Shown: in pieces, positions 1 through 12,555 of the stretch
Layout of the letters: each line of letters starts with the position of its first letter
Numbering within the stretch: the stretch's first letter is position 1
DNA from: Octopus bimaculoides
Taxonomy: Eukaryota
Direction of reading: 5' to 3'
Assembly (NCBI RefSeq): GCF_001194135.2
Contig: NC_068985.1
Location: forward strand, 120,774,450-120,835,986
Length of the DNA: 61,537 bases
Made by a program: the position numbers and the translations under genes
The notes under the pieces: generated by a model
Told to the model about the DNA's origin: nothing
Database searches by the model: none
Seen by the model: only the letters and a program-made list of their open reading frames with translations

Positions 1-82
<82 letters not shown>

Positions 83-105
83 GGTGTGTGTGCGTGTGTG
101 TGTGT
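1..105. repeat. (TA)n/(TG)n compound microsatellite
   Basis: Direct reading; representative of dozens of (TA)n, (CA)n, (TACA)n and (GATA)n tracts in the window. Confidence 0.98.
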
Positions 106-357
106 ACACATACAGATACGCAGAGACGCTTGTACCTTTTGTGAAGAGTGTATAAATATCCCTGATATTGCTCTATTGATTTGTCGTTGTGTTCCTGACT
201 TTTTTATTGTTGTTGTACATCTTGTATATTGCATTCATTTCTTTTCTTCTTCTTTCTCTCTCCCTACCCCATTTTCTCTCCCTGTTGCTCAATTGCCTCC
301 AAGAATCGTTAACAAGAACCACGATACAAACCTAGGACGTTTTCATTATGTCAGTTA

Positions 358-576
358 TGGCGGCCAGCTGACAAAATCGTTAGCACGCCGGGCGACAATG
401 CATAGCGCTATTTCGTCTGCCGCTACGTTCTGATTTCAAATTCTGCCGAGGTCGACTTTACCGTTCATCCTTTCGGGGTCTATAAATTATGTTACAGTTG
501 CGTACTGGGGTTGATCTAATCGACTGGCCCCCTCCACAAAAATTTCAGACCTTGTACCTAGAGTAGAAAAGATTAT
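358..576 (+). mobile_element. tRNA-derived SINE, family A
   Basis: Decayed A-box/B-box head (..aaatcgttagcacgccggg..tgatttcaaattc) and body ttcatcctttcggggtc..ttagtagaaaagattat-type tail, colinear with the copies at 23771 and 24003. Flanking direct repeat ATTATGTCAGTT at 345-356 and 572-583. Confidence 0.9.
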
Positions 577-629
577 GTCAGTTCTATTATGTCAGTTTTA
601 CTCCATCGCACATACACTAGTGTGTGTGC

Positions 630-679
<50 letters not shown>

Positions 680-709
680 NNNNNNNNNNNNNNNNNNNNN
701 NNNNNNNNN

Positions 710-749
<40 letters not shown>

Positions 750-760
750 TCACACACACA

Positions 761-968
761 CGAGGGGCTGCTGAAAAGTTCCTGGCTTTGAGTAAAAGAA
801 AATACAGGAGGATCAGTTTTGATTTTATTCAACATATTCCCCTTTCATAATCCCACATTCCAGCGGTCCTTCAATTTTTCTAAGCCCTGTAAAAGAACTC
901 GGAAATTTGGTCCAACAACCAGGTCCTTCGCGAACCCTTAAAGCCAGGAACTTTTCAGCACACCCTAG
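761..968 (-). mobile_element. mariner-derived MITE (208 bp)
   Basis: 29-bp TIRs 761-789 / 940-968 match 26/29, begin CGAGGGG, TA at 969-970. The interior translates on minus to ..FTGLRKIEGPLECGIMKGEYVE*, resembling a mariner transposase C-terminus. Confidence 0.85.
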
Positions 969-1210
969 TATGTTTATGTTTGTATTTATGTAGTTTTTTT
1001 TTGGGGGGGGTGTCGTCCATTGTTCTGTTACGCACGTGACATTGACTGTGTGCGTGTTTGTGCTTGTAGTCCTTCCCTTTTCCAATGTATGCATATTCTA
1101 ATGAGAGGAAATATATTTACAAATGAAGAAACCTTCACACGTACATTGACACAAACTAAACCTGATAGTAGTACATACTGAGATAAGTGTGTATATGTAT
1201 GTGTGTGTGC

Positions 1211-1249
<39 letters not shown>

Positions 1250-1376
1250 TGCAAGCCTACATACACATACATACATACACATACATAACCATATTCATAC
1301 ATACATCCGGTGTACGCAATTAAAGCAGTATTAAATTTAAAATAGCCTTCTATGTATTATCCTCATCATCATCACT

Positions 1377-1411
<35 letters not shown>

Positions 1412-1430
1412 CATCATCATCATCATCATC

Positions 1431-1700
1431 TGAGACCTTTTGATATGGTAGGTGCCAACAGTTCGCTTAGGGCAACAGACTGTTAATTGTACAATGCTGT
1501 GGTCCGAGAATGCTGCTGGCGTCACCTTCACGTTATGGATAAGATTGATGTTATTTGTGAAGCAGAGATCCAACATGCTGCTCTTCGATGGCTGGAGTGG
1601 TGTCACTTGATTCGCGAACAATATATTAGAAACTCTACGCAAGGATATTGTTTACCCTGGTTCATGCGTGGCATCCCAAATAGGATATGGGCTTCAGGTT
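1431..1700 (-). mobile_element. LINE apurinic-like endonuclease (APE) fragment, CR1/L2-like
   Basis: Minus-strand translation ..SMLDLCFTNNINLIHNVKVTPAAFSDHSIVQLTV.. has the LDL..TN (1550-1573) and SDH (1499-1507) motifs of LINE endonucleases; flanked by (GAT)n/(CAT)n tracts. Confidence 0.85.
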
Positions 1701-3082
1701 AGGTTGTTGTTGTGGTTGATGATGATGATGTTGACGACGTCGTGGATGACCATGACTATGATAATGATGATGACAGCTTGATAGAGTAAGGCTTATTGTA
1801 ACGGCACCCCAGCCTAACGCATCCCGTCTTATATCCTAGCTAAATGGATCTAGAAGTACATTAGTCAGTGCTTTCGAAAGATAGGGTGAATGTGTGGGTG
1901 TATTATTCCATCGTGTTTGTGTGTCAATTACGTATTCAAATATACATTTAGGTGTGTGAATTTGCTGGGGATTACGTTCGCTACTAATCTCAAATACATA
2001 CGCAGACTAAAAAAAACGTTTATACATAGGTAAATATACACATACATACGCAATTACGTACGCACATACATACATACATACATACATACATACATACATA
2101 CATACATACATACATACATACATAGAAGGAATATTAGTGTAACATTCCCATCAAAACTTCTGCTAAATGCAAACATAACAGGCGTGATATAGTTGGCAGA
2201 GAGAGAAAAGAAAAATTGTGTTATAGAGTCATAGAGGTCAATTGCTCTACAGATGTGAACATTTCTTTTCAAAATCAGTGAGAAAAAGAATATTTATATG
2301 TAACTGTTTCAAAACCTACTGCTCGTGTGCCCAGATTATAAACTCAGATTTATACCTATAGTTATTGGTGTACTTAGATATGTTAGTCAATGTTTATTTG
2401 GCAATCTCGCCAAGCCGGAGTTATGTAATGAAAATTACTAGCTAATATAGATATAACACATGCCATCTATAAAAGAAACAATGAAAATGTGGAACACTTT
2501 ATTAAATTTTAACATATTCCTAAAGTTTAACTTCGTTATTGTTGTCTAAATTCCGTTTGTGGAGTTTTCTTTCTTTTACTAGAAATGAACTCCTTCTTTA
2601 TTGGCAAAATTCAAATTATTAGAAAAAGTAAGATAGGATGCATGTGTACATGCTGACCAAGTATTTACTCAGATCAAGGCAATCATTTTTTCCTTTCTGA
2701 AAGACTGGTTATTATATTTTCAACATACAACTCCAATTTTTCAGACCAAAATTGACAGTTAAAAGAGGTAGGTCGACTTATACACGAAGATGACATTGGA
2801 GGGCCAAAAATCGCCATATGAAATGCTGAAAGAAAGATTTTGCAAGATAGTGACTGTATTTCAAGGCTTACACTTAATGTTTACACTATATACTATGTCA
2901 ATTTATATGCTGGAGAAAACGGTACTAGTTAAGGTGGAACAAAAGCAAAAGGCTGGAGCAGATACCACAAGGTACTTTGTAGAACCCGAAAGAAAGGAAA
3001 GTCAAATTTGATATGGGCAGGATATGAAATCAGATTGCAAAGAATCGGAATGAAATACTAGATCGCTAACTTGCATAGATGT

Positions 3083-3114
<32 letters not shown>

Positions 3115-3149
3115 CATACATACATACACACACACACACNNNNNNNNNN

Positions 3150-3180
<31 letters not shown>

Positions 3181-3634
3181 TATTATTTTTATTGAAAATC
3201 CAAGGGTAGCGCACAGGATCTTTACAAGGCCGGTTAGACGGCTAGGAGGGGTGGCAGGTGGGAAGGAAATATCCTCAAATAGGCGGCCTGTACCGGGTAC
3301 TTGCAATAGAACTGAGTCCACTAACTTCATACCAGGTGCCAGGTGTTTGTGTGAAAGCGGATGATACATACATACATACATACATACATACATACATACA
3401 TACATACATACATACATACATACATACATACATACGTACGTAGCTGAATTCACGAAATAGCATATATAAAGAAATGAAATAGCAATTGCTTTTATGAAAA
3501 TTATTCTCTGAAAATCTTTCATACCGGATTTTCACATGAACACTTCGACACATTCCAACAAGGTTTCGATTATAATATTTTCACCCAGCTCAACCTATTT
3601 TTGATCCACCTGTTAGGACAATAGGATTACAGTA

Positions 3635-3850
3635 CGGTGTTTCTACGTGATCACTAGATATGCTAGAAATAGTAACTAAATCACCCTCAAATCACTATTC
3701 ACTCTTCTATCCTAAAGCATGAAATAAAAAATATTTTAGATAATATAACTATAGGCCTGGCTAGCTTATGTCTGCGAGAAAACTGTTGTCGTACCTGGAT
3801 GGATTTTGACTATAGGCCTTCATAATAAGAGTTTGTGGGAAGCTTAACAG
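3635..3850 (+). mobile_element. degenerate interspersed repeat (family E, probable SINE 3' part)
   Basis: gtgatcactagatatgctagaaatag..ctcaaatcac resembles 5559-5610 by eye. Confidence 0.4.
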
Positions 3851-3864
3851 TAGAGGTTTCTAAT

Positions 3865-3947
3865 TTAGACTACCAGGTTCATGAATTGAAACCACGATCT
3901 CGCGGTCGTGAACGCAACATTCTGACCACTTGGCCATTCAACCTCAT
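3865..3947 (-). mobile_element. SINE tRNA-like head fragment
   Basis: Reverse complement gaggttgaatggccaagtggtcaga..gtggtttcaattc resembles the head of the 39031-39350 element. Confidence 0.6.
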
Positions 3948-3956
3948 CATATTCAT

Positions 3957-3993
<37 letters not shown>

Positions 3994-4895
3994 GACACAC
4001 ACATATANNNNNNNNNNNNNNNNNNNNNNNNNNNNNNNNNNNNNNNNNNNNNNNNNNNNNNNNNNNNNNNNNNNNNNNNNNNNNNNNNNNNNNNNNNNNN
4101 NNNNNNNNNNNNNNNNNNNNNNNNNNNNNNNNNNNNNNNNNNNNNNNNNNNNNNNNNNNNNNNNNNNNNNNNNNNNNNNNNNNNNNNNNNNNNNNNNNNN
4201 NNNNNNNNNNNNNNNNNNNNNNNNNNNNNNNNNNNNNNNNNNNNNNNNNNNNNNNNNNNNNNNNNNNNNNNNNNNNNNNNNNNNNNNNNNNNNNNNNNNN
4301 NNNNNNNNNNNNCCACTTTTTACCCCCACCCATATATGACACTCAATTGAGAGATTGCCACGTCATAACCAGCATTTGAGTATGAATAATTGGGTACACT
4401 ACCAGCAGTATATTGGATAGGTACTATCCCTTAGTTGGTTGGTTTCCCAACCTCTAATTCTCACAGAAATATATATATATATCTATATATATATATATAT
4501 ACACACAAAAATGCGCGCGCGCACACACATGAGAGGATAAATTTTGTCTAAGTTCATAAAGGCTGAAACGCATCTTGTGTTCCCTTTGCTGCTGACGGAA
4601 CGATTTTTCGTCAACTTTAAAGATCGTAGCATACAACTTATTTTTTGCTACTTCTAGCGAACCGAACGATTACACATAGATATTGCTTTGTCGGTTGATA
4701 TGTAGGAGAGAGAGTGAGTGTGTGTAGTGACTTATAACTAAAATAAGTATGATCTATATTAGTAGCTTTGAGGAACTTCATTCATGAGAGATATTGAATT
4801 TTTCACTAAGTGACCATTAATTATAAAGAAAATAAATGATAGAAAATATTCTAAATCTTGTTTTGATTGGAATTTCAATTTTCATCTGGCAACTG

Positions 4896-4984
4896 ATTGC
4901 CTTATCATAGTATTTACCATTGCCTTATCATAGTATTTACCATTGCCTTATCATAGTATTTACCATTGCATTATTATAGTATTT
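4896..4984. repeat. 23-bp minisatellite, 3 perfect copies + 1 partial
   Basis: ATTGCCTTATCATAGTATTTACC at 4896, 4919, 4942; degenerate partial copy at 4965. Confidence 0.95.
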
Positions 4985-5539
4985 GCATTTTATTGATACC
5001 GTTTTGTTGTTTTTATGTTTGGGTGATGATTATTCACTGTATTTCCGAAGAAGCTGCGTATTTTCGCTTGAAGTTAATGCGATCAAATAATTTTAATGTC
5101 ACGTGACTGGAGATTATCGATGTGTCAGTCATAGCGGACGACTAACACATGACTCTAGTTCGGTGGTTTTGTTCATGCTTCTGAAGTATGTACATTACCA
5201 GATCTGGGAAGAGAGTTAGTTGCCCCGTAAGCAAATGTTAGCAATTTAAATGTTCTTCTGATGACCTCAGAGAATCGTTTTCGACGAGTTTGATAACACA
5301 TTCCAGGTACATTTTACGAAAGACAAAGCATGTTGGTATGAATTATGAATATTTAGCAACTTGTTAGGGAATTAGCATGGCATCCATTGACAATCTCCCT
5401 CGAGATTGAATTAATTCTAATCGTTACTTCCAACACACGCATTCCGCACGCTTACACAAACACATTCAGACATAAATCTAATACCAGCATCTTAATTATC
5501 TTGGTGAGAACGCTTAACTTTATCAGTAGGAATATTCAA

Positions 5540-5760
5540 ACAAATGAGGTAGCCTGTAGGTGATTGCTCAATCTGTTAAAAGTAGCGACCAACTCTCTCT
5601 CAAATTATGCCCTACGGTCTTACTCACACACACAAAAAAAGAAAGAGAAGTTAGATAATGCAGTGTAAGATTCCCTGCATATTGCTAAAAAGAATAAGAT
5701 GGTCACGAGTAGATTGCCCGCTCGAGCAAGGATAACTTAAATCTAAACAAAAAACGAAAA
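5540..5760 (+). mobile_element. degenerate interspersed repeat (family E)
   Basis: Similar to 3635-3850; ends in an A/C-rich tail (ctaaacaaaaaac). Confidence 0.4.
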
Positions 5761-7069
5761 CATCACATGATTTTTGTTACAAGTATGTTGGTTAACAGCA
5801 CTCAACGCCATCATCAACTATTTGTATACACTACAGAATGTAAATAATGGTCTATCCAACTATAAAGATAAACAAAAGCACCTATATAAACGATCCAGCA
5901 ATTAAGCTGTTGTACAGTTGTTTCAAAGACAGATGAAAAATTAGTGAAATATACCATCATGAGATTGATCCGTAAGCAAGGTACATAACTTTGACTGCTT
6001 CAATCTGCCTAACTGACGAGCAAGTTCCTCATCTACATAATAATTGCAACGGTTACTGGTTAGTAAGACTTTAAAAATAATCAATGAAGAAATATTATGC
6101 AAACGTTCAAATAAAATACTATTATTCTTATCGTACGAATAAATGGATGCGAAGCAGACAAAACGGATCATAGACGGAGTTAATTTGGTCTCCTGCTATT
6201 GCAGTAAACTACTTTTATTTTATTTCTTTTTTTTTCGTCTATTTTTGGTTTCTTTAACGTTTCCACTATCGATCAGCGAGTCAATAACTGCTCTTGTTCG
6301 GAACATGTTTCGATCTCTGCTGAATGTCTTACAGAGGTGAGGACTAAATATTTAAGAGTAGTTACACGTTGTGCTACCGTTATAGTAATCATTCTAGAAG
6401 GGCTTATTAATTCAATTAATTAAGATTAAATTCCACTAATTAAAACAGTCCACGTGTTGACGTAATTAATATTAAGTGGGGTTGTATGATCCTCGAGTAC
6501 CTTATTTCCTCTTCAACAGTTTCGAAATATGAATCAAGCAATAAATATCAACGGGACCCCTAAATGTTTGAATGGCATCGTTTTCAAGTACCAAGTTTCA
6601 TGCGTGGTCCCTCATTTCTCGCGTTTTATAATTCTTGAATGGCTATCATTACCCAGCTATTTATAAACTGCAACGAAATATATTATGGCATGATTGAAAT
6701 GCTATGGCTGGCAATCTCAGATGGTGGCAGAAATAGTAGCACTGTGACTTCGAATCATATTGGTTTCGAATATTTGTGCTCTTTTTGTTTGACTTGTTCT
6801 AATAAAAACACAAGAATAACCTTCTACCTTGGGGACCTTAATTAAATTGAACCAACTACTACTGTGAAAAATTTCACAATACCGGTAGTGAACAGCGAAG
6901 TCGCTTTCACGATCTTCTCAGGAATTACATGTCTGTTACTGACGTTTTGCAGAACAAAGATCTGCCTTACTAGCAACGCCGAGATTATATTGAGTATTCT
7001 TTCGAGACTGTAATTTTTATGTTATTCTTCATAGGTATTGAAATCGTCATTATCTCTCTCTCTCTCTCT

Positions 7070-7117
<48 letters not shown>

Positions 7118-7163
7118 TCATCATCATCATTGTGTATATATATATGTGTGTGTGTATACATGT

Positions 7164-7221
<58 letters not shown>

Positions 7222-7257
7222 ATTCCTTTCACACGGAATTTCGTCTGTCTATAAACC

Positions 7258-7342
7258 ATAGCTCTGATGAGACTTATATAAGTGGAGATGTATTGTTTAT
7301 AAATCAAATAATGTATATAAGTCGAAACAAATTGTTGGCTAT
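7258..7342 (+). ncRNA. minimal type-I hammerhead ribozyme motif
   Basis: Helix I ATAGCT(7258-63)/GGCTAT(7337-42); CTGATGA 7264-70; 10-bp helix II GACTTATATA(7271-80)/TATATAAGTC(7314-23); GAAA 7324-27; palindromic helix III ACAA-A-TTGT; cleavage triplet GUU (7334-36). Folded by eye. Confidence 0.75.
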
Positions 7343-7920
7343 TTTCATTTTTTAATGACTTTCTTTTGTTATATTATATTATATTCATAGTATATTGTTA
7401 CCTTATAACATAAATAAATTATTAGATGGTCAATTGAGTCTCTCAATTTACTTAATTGTTTGTAATTTGCATTATATCCATATTTATGTGGTATTCAACT
7501 GACGTACCAGTGAATTGGATGTTTTACACACCCCTTTGAAGGAATTCCTTTCCTAAGTTTATTACTATATATATATATATATATATATATNNNNNNNNNN
7601 NNNNNNNNNNNNNNNNNNNNNNNNNNNNNNNNNNNNNNNNNNNNNNNNNNNNNNNNNNNNNNNNNNNNNNNNNNNNNNNNNNNNNNNNNNNNNNNNNNNN
7701 NNNNNNNNNNNNNNNNNNNNNNNNNNNNNNNNNNNNNNNNNNNNNNNNNNNNNNNNNNNNNNNNNNNNNNNNNNNNNNNNNNNNNNNNNNNNNNNNNNNN
7801 NNNNNNNNNNNNNNNNNNNNNNNNNNNNNNNNNNNNNNNNNNNNNNNNNNNNNNNNNNNNNNNNNNNNNNNNNNNNNNNNNNNNNNNNNNNNNNNNNNAT
7901 ATATATATATATATATATAT

Positions 7921-8055
7921 ACGACATGCTTCTTTCAGTTACCGTCTTCCAAATCCACCTACAAGGCTTTGGTTGACCCGAGGCTATAGTAGAAGACTCC
8001 GAATGTGTTACGCAGTGTGACTGAACCTGGAACCATGTGGATGGGAAGCAAAGTA
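7921..8055 (-). mobile_element. SINE family B, truncated
   Basis: Shares acaaggctttggttgacccgaggctatagtagaagac with the copy at 54303-54720. Confidence 0.85.
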
Positions 8056-8058
8056 TAA

Positions 8059-8380
8059 AAGCGCGTGGCTTAATGGCTAGGATATTCGGCTCGCGATCGT
8101 AAGGTCGTGAGTTCAATTCCAGCGGCAGATTATATCCGTGAGCAAAGCAATTTATTTCCTGTTGCTCCAATCCACTCACCTAGCAAATATCAGTCGTACT
8201 TGTAACTGAAAATGGCCAGCCTTGGTCACATTCTGTGTCACACTGAATCCCCCTGATAACTACGTTAAGGTTACGCGTGTTTGTGGGGTGCTTAGCCACT
8301 TGCACGATAATTTCACGAGCAGGCTCTTTTGTTGATTGGATGAAGTGGAACACCCCTTGTCGTAACCGACGGCGATCCAG
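8059..8380 (+). mobile_element. SINE family C (CORE-like domain)
   Basis: A-box tggcttaatggctagg, B-box gagttcaattcc, CORE-like ttgagcaa..ttgctccaatccactca; 3' tail colinear with 26662-26969. Confidence 0.9.
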
Positions 8381-9328
8381 TTCATTGTATATATATATAT
8401 GAATAGGAGTGAACGTTGATATGGCAGTCTTTGCCATTTAACTATTCGACGACTGCCGAAATATAATTAAAGAAGTAACTGGAGCAACTCCTATACTTAA
8501 AACTAGATAATAGTATTTTAAAAACCAAACGCATATAATTCAAATAGTGTACATATATCACGTATACACATTCTTTCAATCTACCTCTTATAAAAATGAG
8601 ATTTATATTACAATAGGATTTATTATTTGCATTCATAGATATGCATTGCAGGCCTTACATTCAGGCAAGAAATATCCCCGAGAAGCAATACTTCTCGGAA
8701 GCAATACGCGCCTGCAACAAGAGATTAACAGTCACCATTAGCTTCTCGTCTGGCAACAGATTACTCCATGTCACCATTATTTCAAGCCAATCATTGACGT
8801 GCCATCTTTGTGCATGCTTTAACGGTTTTGGAGGCTGATCACACCTTAATTCCTTTTTCAAATATCTCAGTTTTAGATTTAAGAACAGAAACTTTTAAAG
8901 CCATAATAGTAGATAAATATAATTTTCATCTATTTTAGAATTATTAAGTGGATAGCATTACCTAGTTATTTATAAACGGTAAAGACAGACAATTGAAATG
9001 TCTACTATAAATGTGACATTATAAATTGCTACTACTGGTCAATGTCATGGCAGAAATGGTAGCACCGTGGACTAAATGTTTTAAAGTATTTATATCCCAC
9101 ACTCTAGATTGTGTGTTCGAATCATGCCAGGATGATTTTAGTCTTCGTCCAACCCATATCGGTGAAATGTGTGTTCAAGCATATCGCGAATCAATTGACA
9201 AATGGTTGACTACATATTTCGCCCGTATGCTTTTTATATTAGCACAGGACCAAAAACAAAATAAAAGAAACAAGAAGACACTGGTATGTGATCTTATCAC
9301 AAACAGCTATTAAAATCACTGTTAACGA

Positions 9329-9800
9329 ACGCCGATCAAAATTCTTTGTGGATACCTGTTCCGGCTCTTTAGGTTCAAAGCTCGAATCCTATCAAGGTCA
9401 ACTTTGACTTTCATTCTTTCGGAACCCATAAAATAATGTACCAGTAAAAACTGAGGTCGATGTAATCGACCAAACGACCTCTAAATTGCCAGCCTTGTAC
9501 CTCATTTAGAAATAATACGCTGTTGAGGTCAATTTCTTTTCTCACCTTTTCGAGATCAATAAAACTAACTACCAGTCAAGAACAGATATGATATAATCGC
9601 CTAACTCTTATCCTGAAAAGTCTGGCCTTTTGCCTATCTTAGAATATTATTATCATGAATAGGATGATGGGTTGACAGAATTGTTACAGCATCGAAAGAA
9701 AAGCCTGATGGTATTTAGTTCCGGTTTTTACATTCTGACTTCAAATTCAGTGGAGATCGACTCTTTTCCATCTCCAAGGTGTCGATAAAACAAAGAACAA
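9329..9800 (+). mobile_element. cluster of three old family-A SINE remnants in tandem
   Basis: Recurrent degenerate A-family blocks (ggtcaactttgactttcattctttcgg; gaggtcaatttc..cttttcgagatcaataaaa; ttctgacttcaaattc). Confidence 0.55.
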
Positions 9801-9969
9801 CTCAAATTTCAGGTTGTGTGCATATGTTAGAAGCAGCAGTTATTGCTAAATTGAATATTAGAGTCATTATGATGGCGAATAACCTGGCAGGTTAATACGC
9901 GAGACTAAATGAGTTAATGTTTAAACTGTTTCGTTTCACCTTCACGGGTAAAATGAAGTCGAAAAATAC

Positions 9970-10030
<61 letters not shown>

Positions 10031-10284
10031 CGCGCGCGTGTGTATGTATGGATAGATGGATATATATATCACCTNNNNNNNNNNNNNNNNNNNNNNNNNN
10101 NNNNNNNNNNNNNNNNNNNNNNNNNNNNNNNNNNNNNNNNNNNNNNNNNNNNNNNNNNNNNNNNNNNNNNNNNNNNNNNNNNNNNNNNNNNNNNNNNNNN
10201 NNNNNNNNNNNNNNNNNNNNNNNNNNNNNNNNNNNNNNNNNNNNNNNNNNNNNNNNNNNNNNNNNNNNNNNNNNNNNNNNNNNN

Positions 10285-10323
<39 letters not shown>

Positions 10324-10899
10324 ATGTATATATAACTGCCCTCTAAAATGGTTCGGCTTCATACCATCGTTCTTAGCAATCTGGTTTATTATCTTTCTCT
10401 TATTATCTCATTCAGTAGAAAAATCAAGAGTAGAGTATATTCTTGTTGCATACACTGTATTTATTTTATTAACGAACAAATTATAGTAATACAACGATTA
10501 AAGACGAAACCAACATCAAGATCAATCGTGGGAAAATAAGCGCACACATTTATTGACAGTTATATATTGTTAATAGGAACTTAATGCAGAAAGCCATATG
10601 AAGGACCGGCGTTAATGGCATTGTATCCCAAGAGTTCCATTAATCTCAATACCAAAACTGTTATAAATGTGAAAAATAGACTTATAGTTTATCCGTCACC
10701 TTTTACTCTTAGCACTCTCGATAACAATACAATACAATAAACAGGATCTGCGACTCATAGGACAAACAAAATGGCGTTATTGTGTATAAACTGATAATAT
10801 TTTTGGTCATCAAAAGGATTTATTGACTAGTTTTTTTTCCAATAACACAAAGGTACTTAAATCAACAATTAAAATTTTAATAACAATATCGATGAAAAT

Positions 10900-11000
10900 T
10901 GTGATGACGACGACGACGACGACGACGACGATGATGATGATGATGATGAGGATGATGAAGATGATGATGATGATGATGATGATGGTGATGATGGTGATGA

Positions 11001-11063
<63 letters not shown>

Positions 11064-11080
11064 CGACAACTATGATGATG
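10900..11080. repeat. (GAC)n/(GAT)n/(GGT)n trinucleotide tract
   Basis: Direct reading; source of the poly-M/D/I/S ORFs. Confidence 0.95.
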
Positions 11081-11982
11081 ATTAAGACCATGGTCATAAT
11101 AATGATGGCGACTGATTATGAGTATTATAGATAATGTTATTTTTCAATACAAGCGCAAGGCGACAAATCTACCCTATTCATCGTGGAGAGTAAAATCGAT
11201 TGAATAAACCCTACAATTTGAATGTTACTAGTTCATTTTTGGGGCGGATAAAAAGAAGAAGCTGGCACTCACTCGGCAGATCTTCAACATGGTGGCGAGA
11301 TTGGGTGAGTGAACATAGGAAACTGTAAAATAGAACGCTTGTTAAAGCAGTGTCTGTCGTCTACGTACTTTATGATTATTCACGGCTTCATAAACCAAGC
11401 CATCGCCTCTAAATACGTGACCTACGAATGCATCGCCGTCACAACGGTTAAAGGATGACGATTATATATCACAGTCATACACTAAACAGTGCAGACGCTC
11501 CTCGTTGATTTTCTCCAGATTTAATGAAGATTTTCAACGCACCACTCATTAGTCATAAACTCTTAGCATTCATTACATTTAACGTACTGCTACTTCTCCC
11601 TCAGCAGCCATTTGTATTTTCCTCGTCTTTATTTACAACATGTGTGACCATTTACCACTTTTGTTCACTAAAGAGTCTTACTCATTCACACTGTGTTGTG
11701 TCTCTAACTGGATATCATCTCTTCAGTGAGAAATGATCTTTCATTTACTCTCATTAGCTAAATAGAAGAAATTCATAAAAATAACAAATAGCCACATATA
11801 GTATAATTAGCGATGCAACGGTTTCTTTTATGACATTCACGATTGTTATAGATTTCTCTGTGTCTTTGTACCATAAAAAATGTCGAACTTAACATTATAT
11901 ATATATATATATATATACGTATGTATGTATGTGTATATGTATGTACACAAACATATATATATATACATATATATGTGCGTGC

Positions 11983-12019
<37 letters not shown>

Positions 12020-12503
12020 NNNNNNNNNNNNNNNNNNNNNNNNNNNNNNNNNNNNNNNNNNNNNNNNNNNNNNNNNNNNNNNNNNNNNNNNNNNNNNNNN
12101 NNNNNNNNNNNNNNNNNNNNNNNNNNNNNNNNNNNNNNNNNNNNNNNNNNNNNNNNNNNNNNNNNNNNNNNNNNNNNNNNNNNNNNNNNNNNNNNNNNNN
12201 NNNNNNNNNNNNNNNNNNNNNNNNNNNNNNNNNNNNNNNNNNNNNNNNNNNNNNNNNNNNNNNNNNNNNNNNNNNNNNNNNNNNNNNNNNNNNNNNNNNN
12301 NNNNNNNNNNNNNNNNNNNNNNNNNNNNNNNNNNNNNNNNNNNNNNNNNNNNNNNNNNNNNNNNNNNNNNNNNNNNNNNNNNNNNNNNNNNNNNNNNNNN
12401 NNNNNNNNNNNNNNNNNNNNNNNNNNNNNNNNNNNNNNNNNNNNNNNNNNNNNNNNNNNNNNNNNNNNNNNAGACAGACAGACAGATAAGCAGACAGACA
12501 GAC

Positions 12504-12555
<52 letters not shown>

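Noticed and set aside
3190-3365. GC-rich island with open frames on both strands
   Set aside because: No motif recognised in any frame and no splice signals; may be an unidentified repeat fragment.
5098-5107. Perfect GTCACGTGAC (CLEAR/E-box) palindrome
   Set aside because: Isolated 10-mer with no other promoter evidence.
5258-5330. CTGATGA followed later by GAAA
   Set aside because: No helix II closing pair, no helix III and no NUH triplet. Similar partial matches near 6012, 6495-6520 (minus) and 12860 were rejected for the same reasons.
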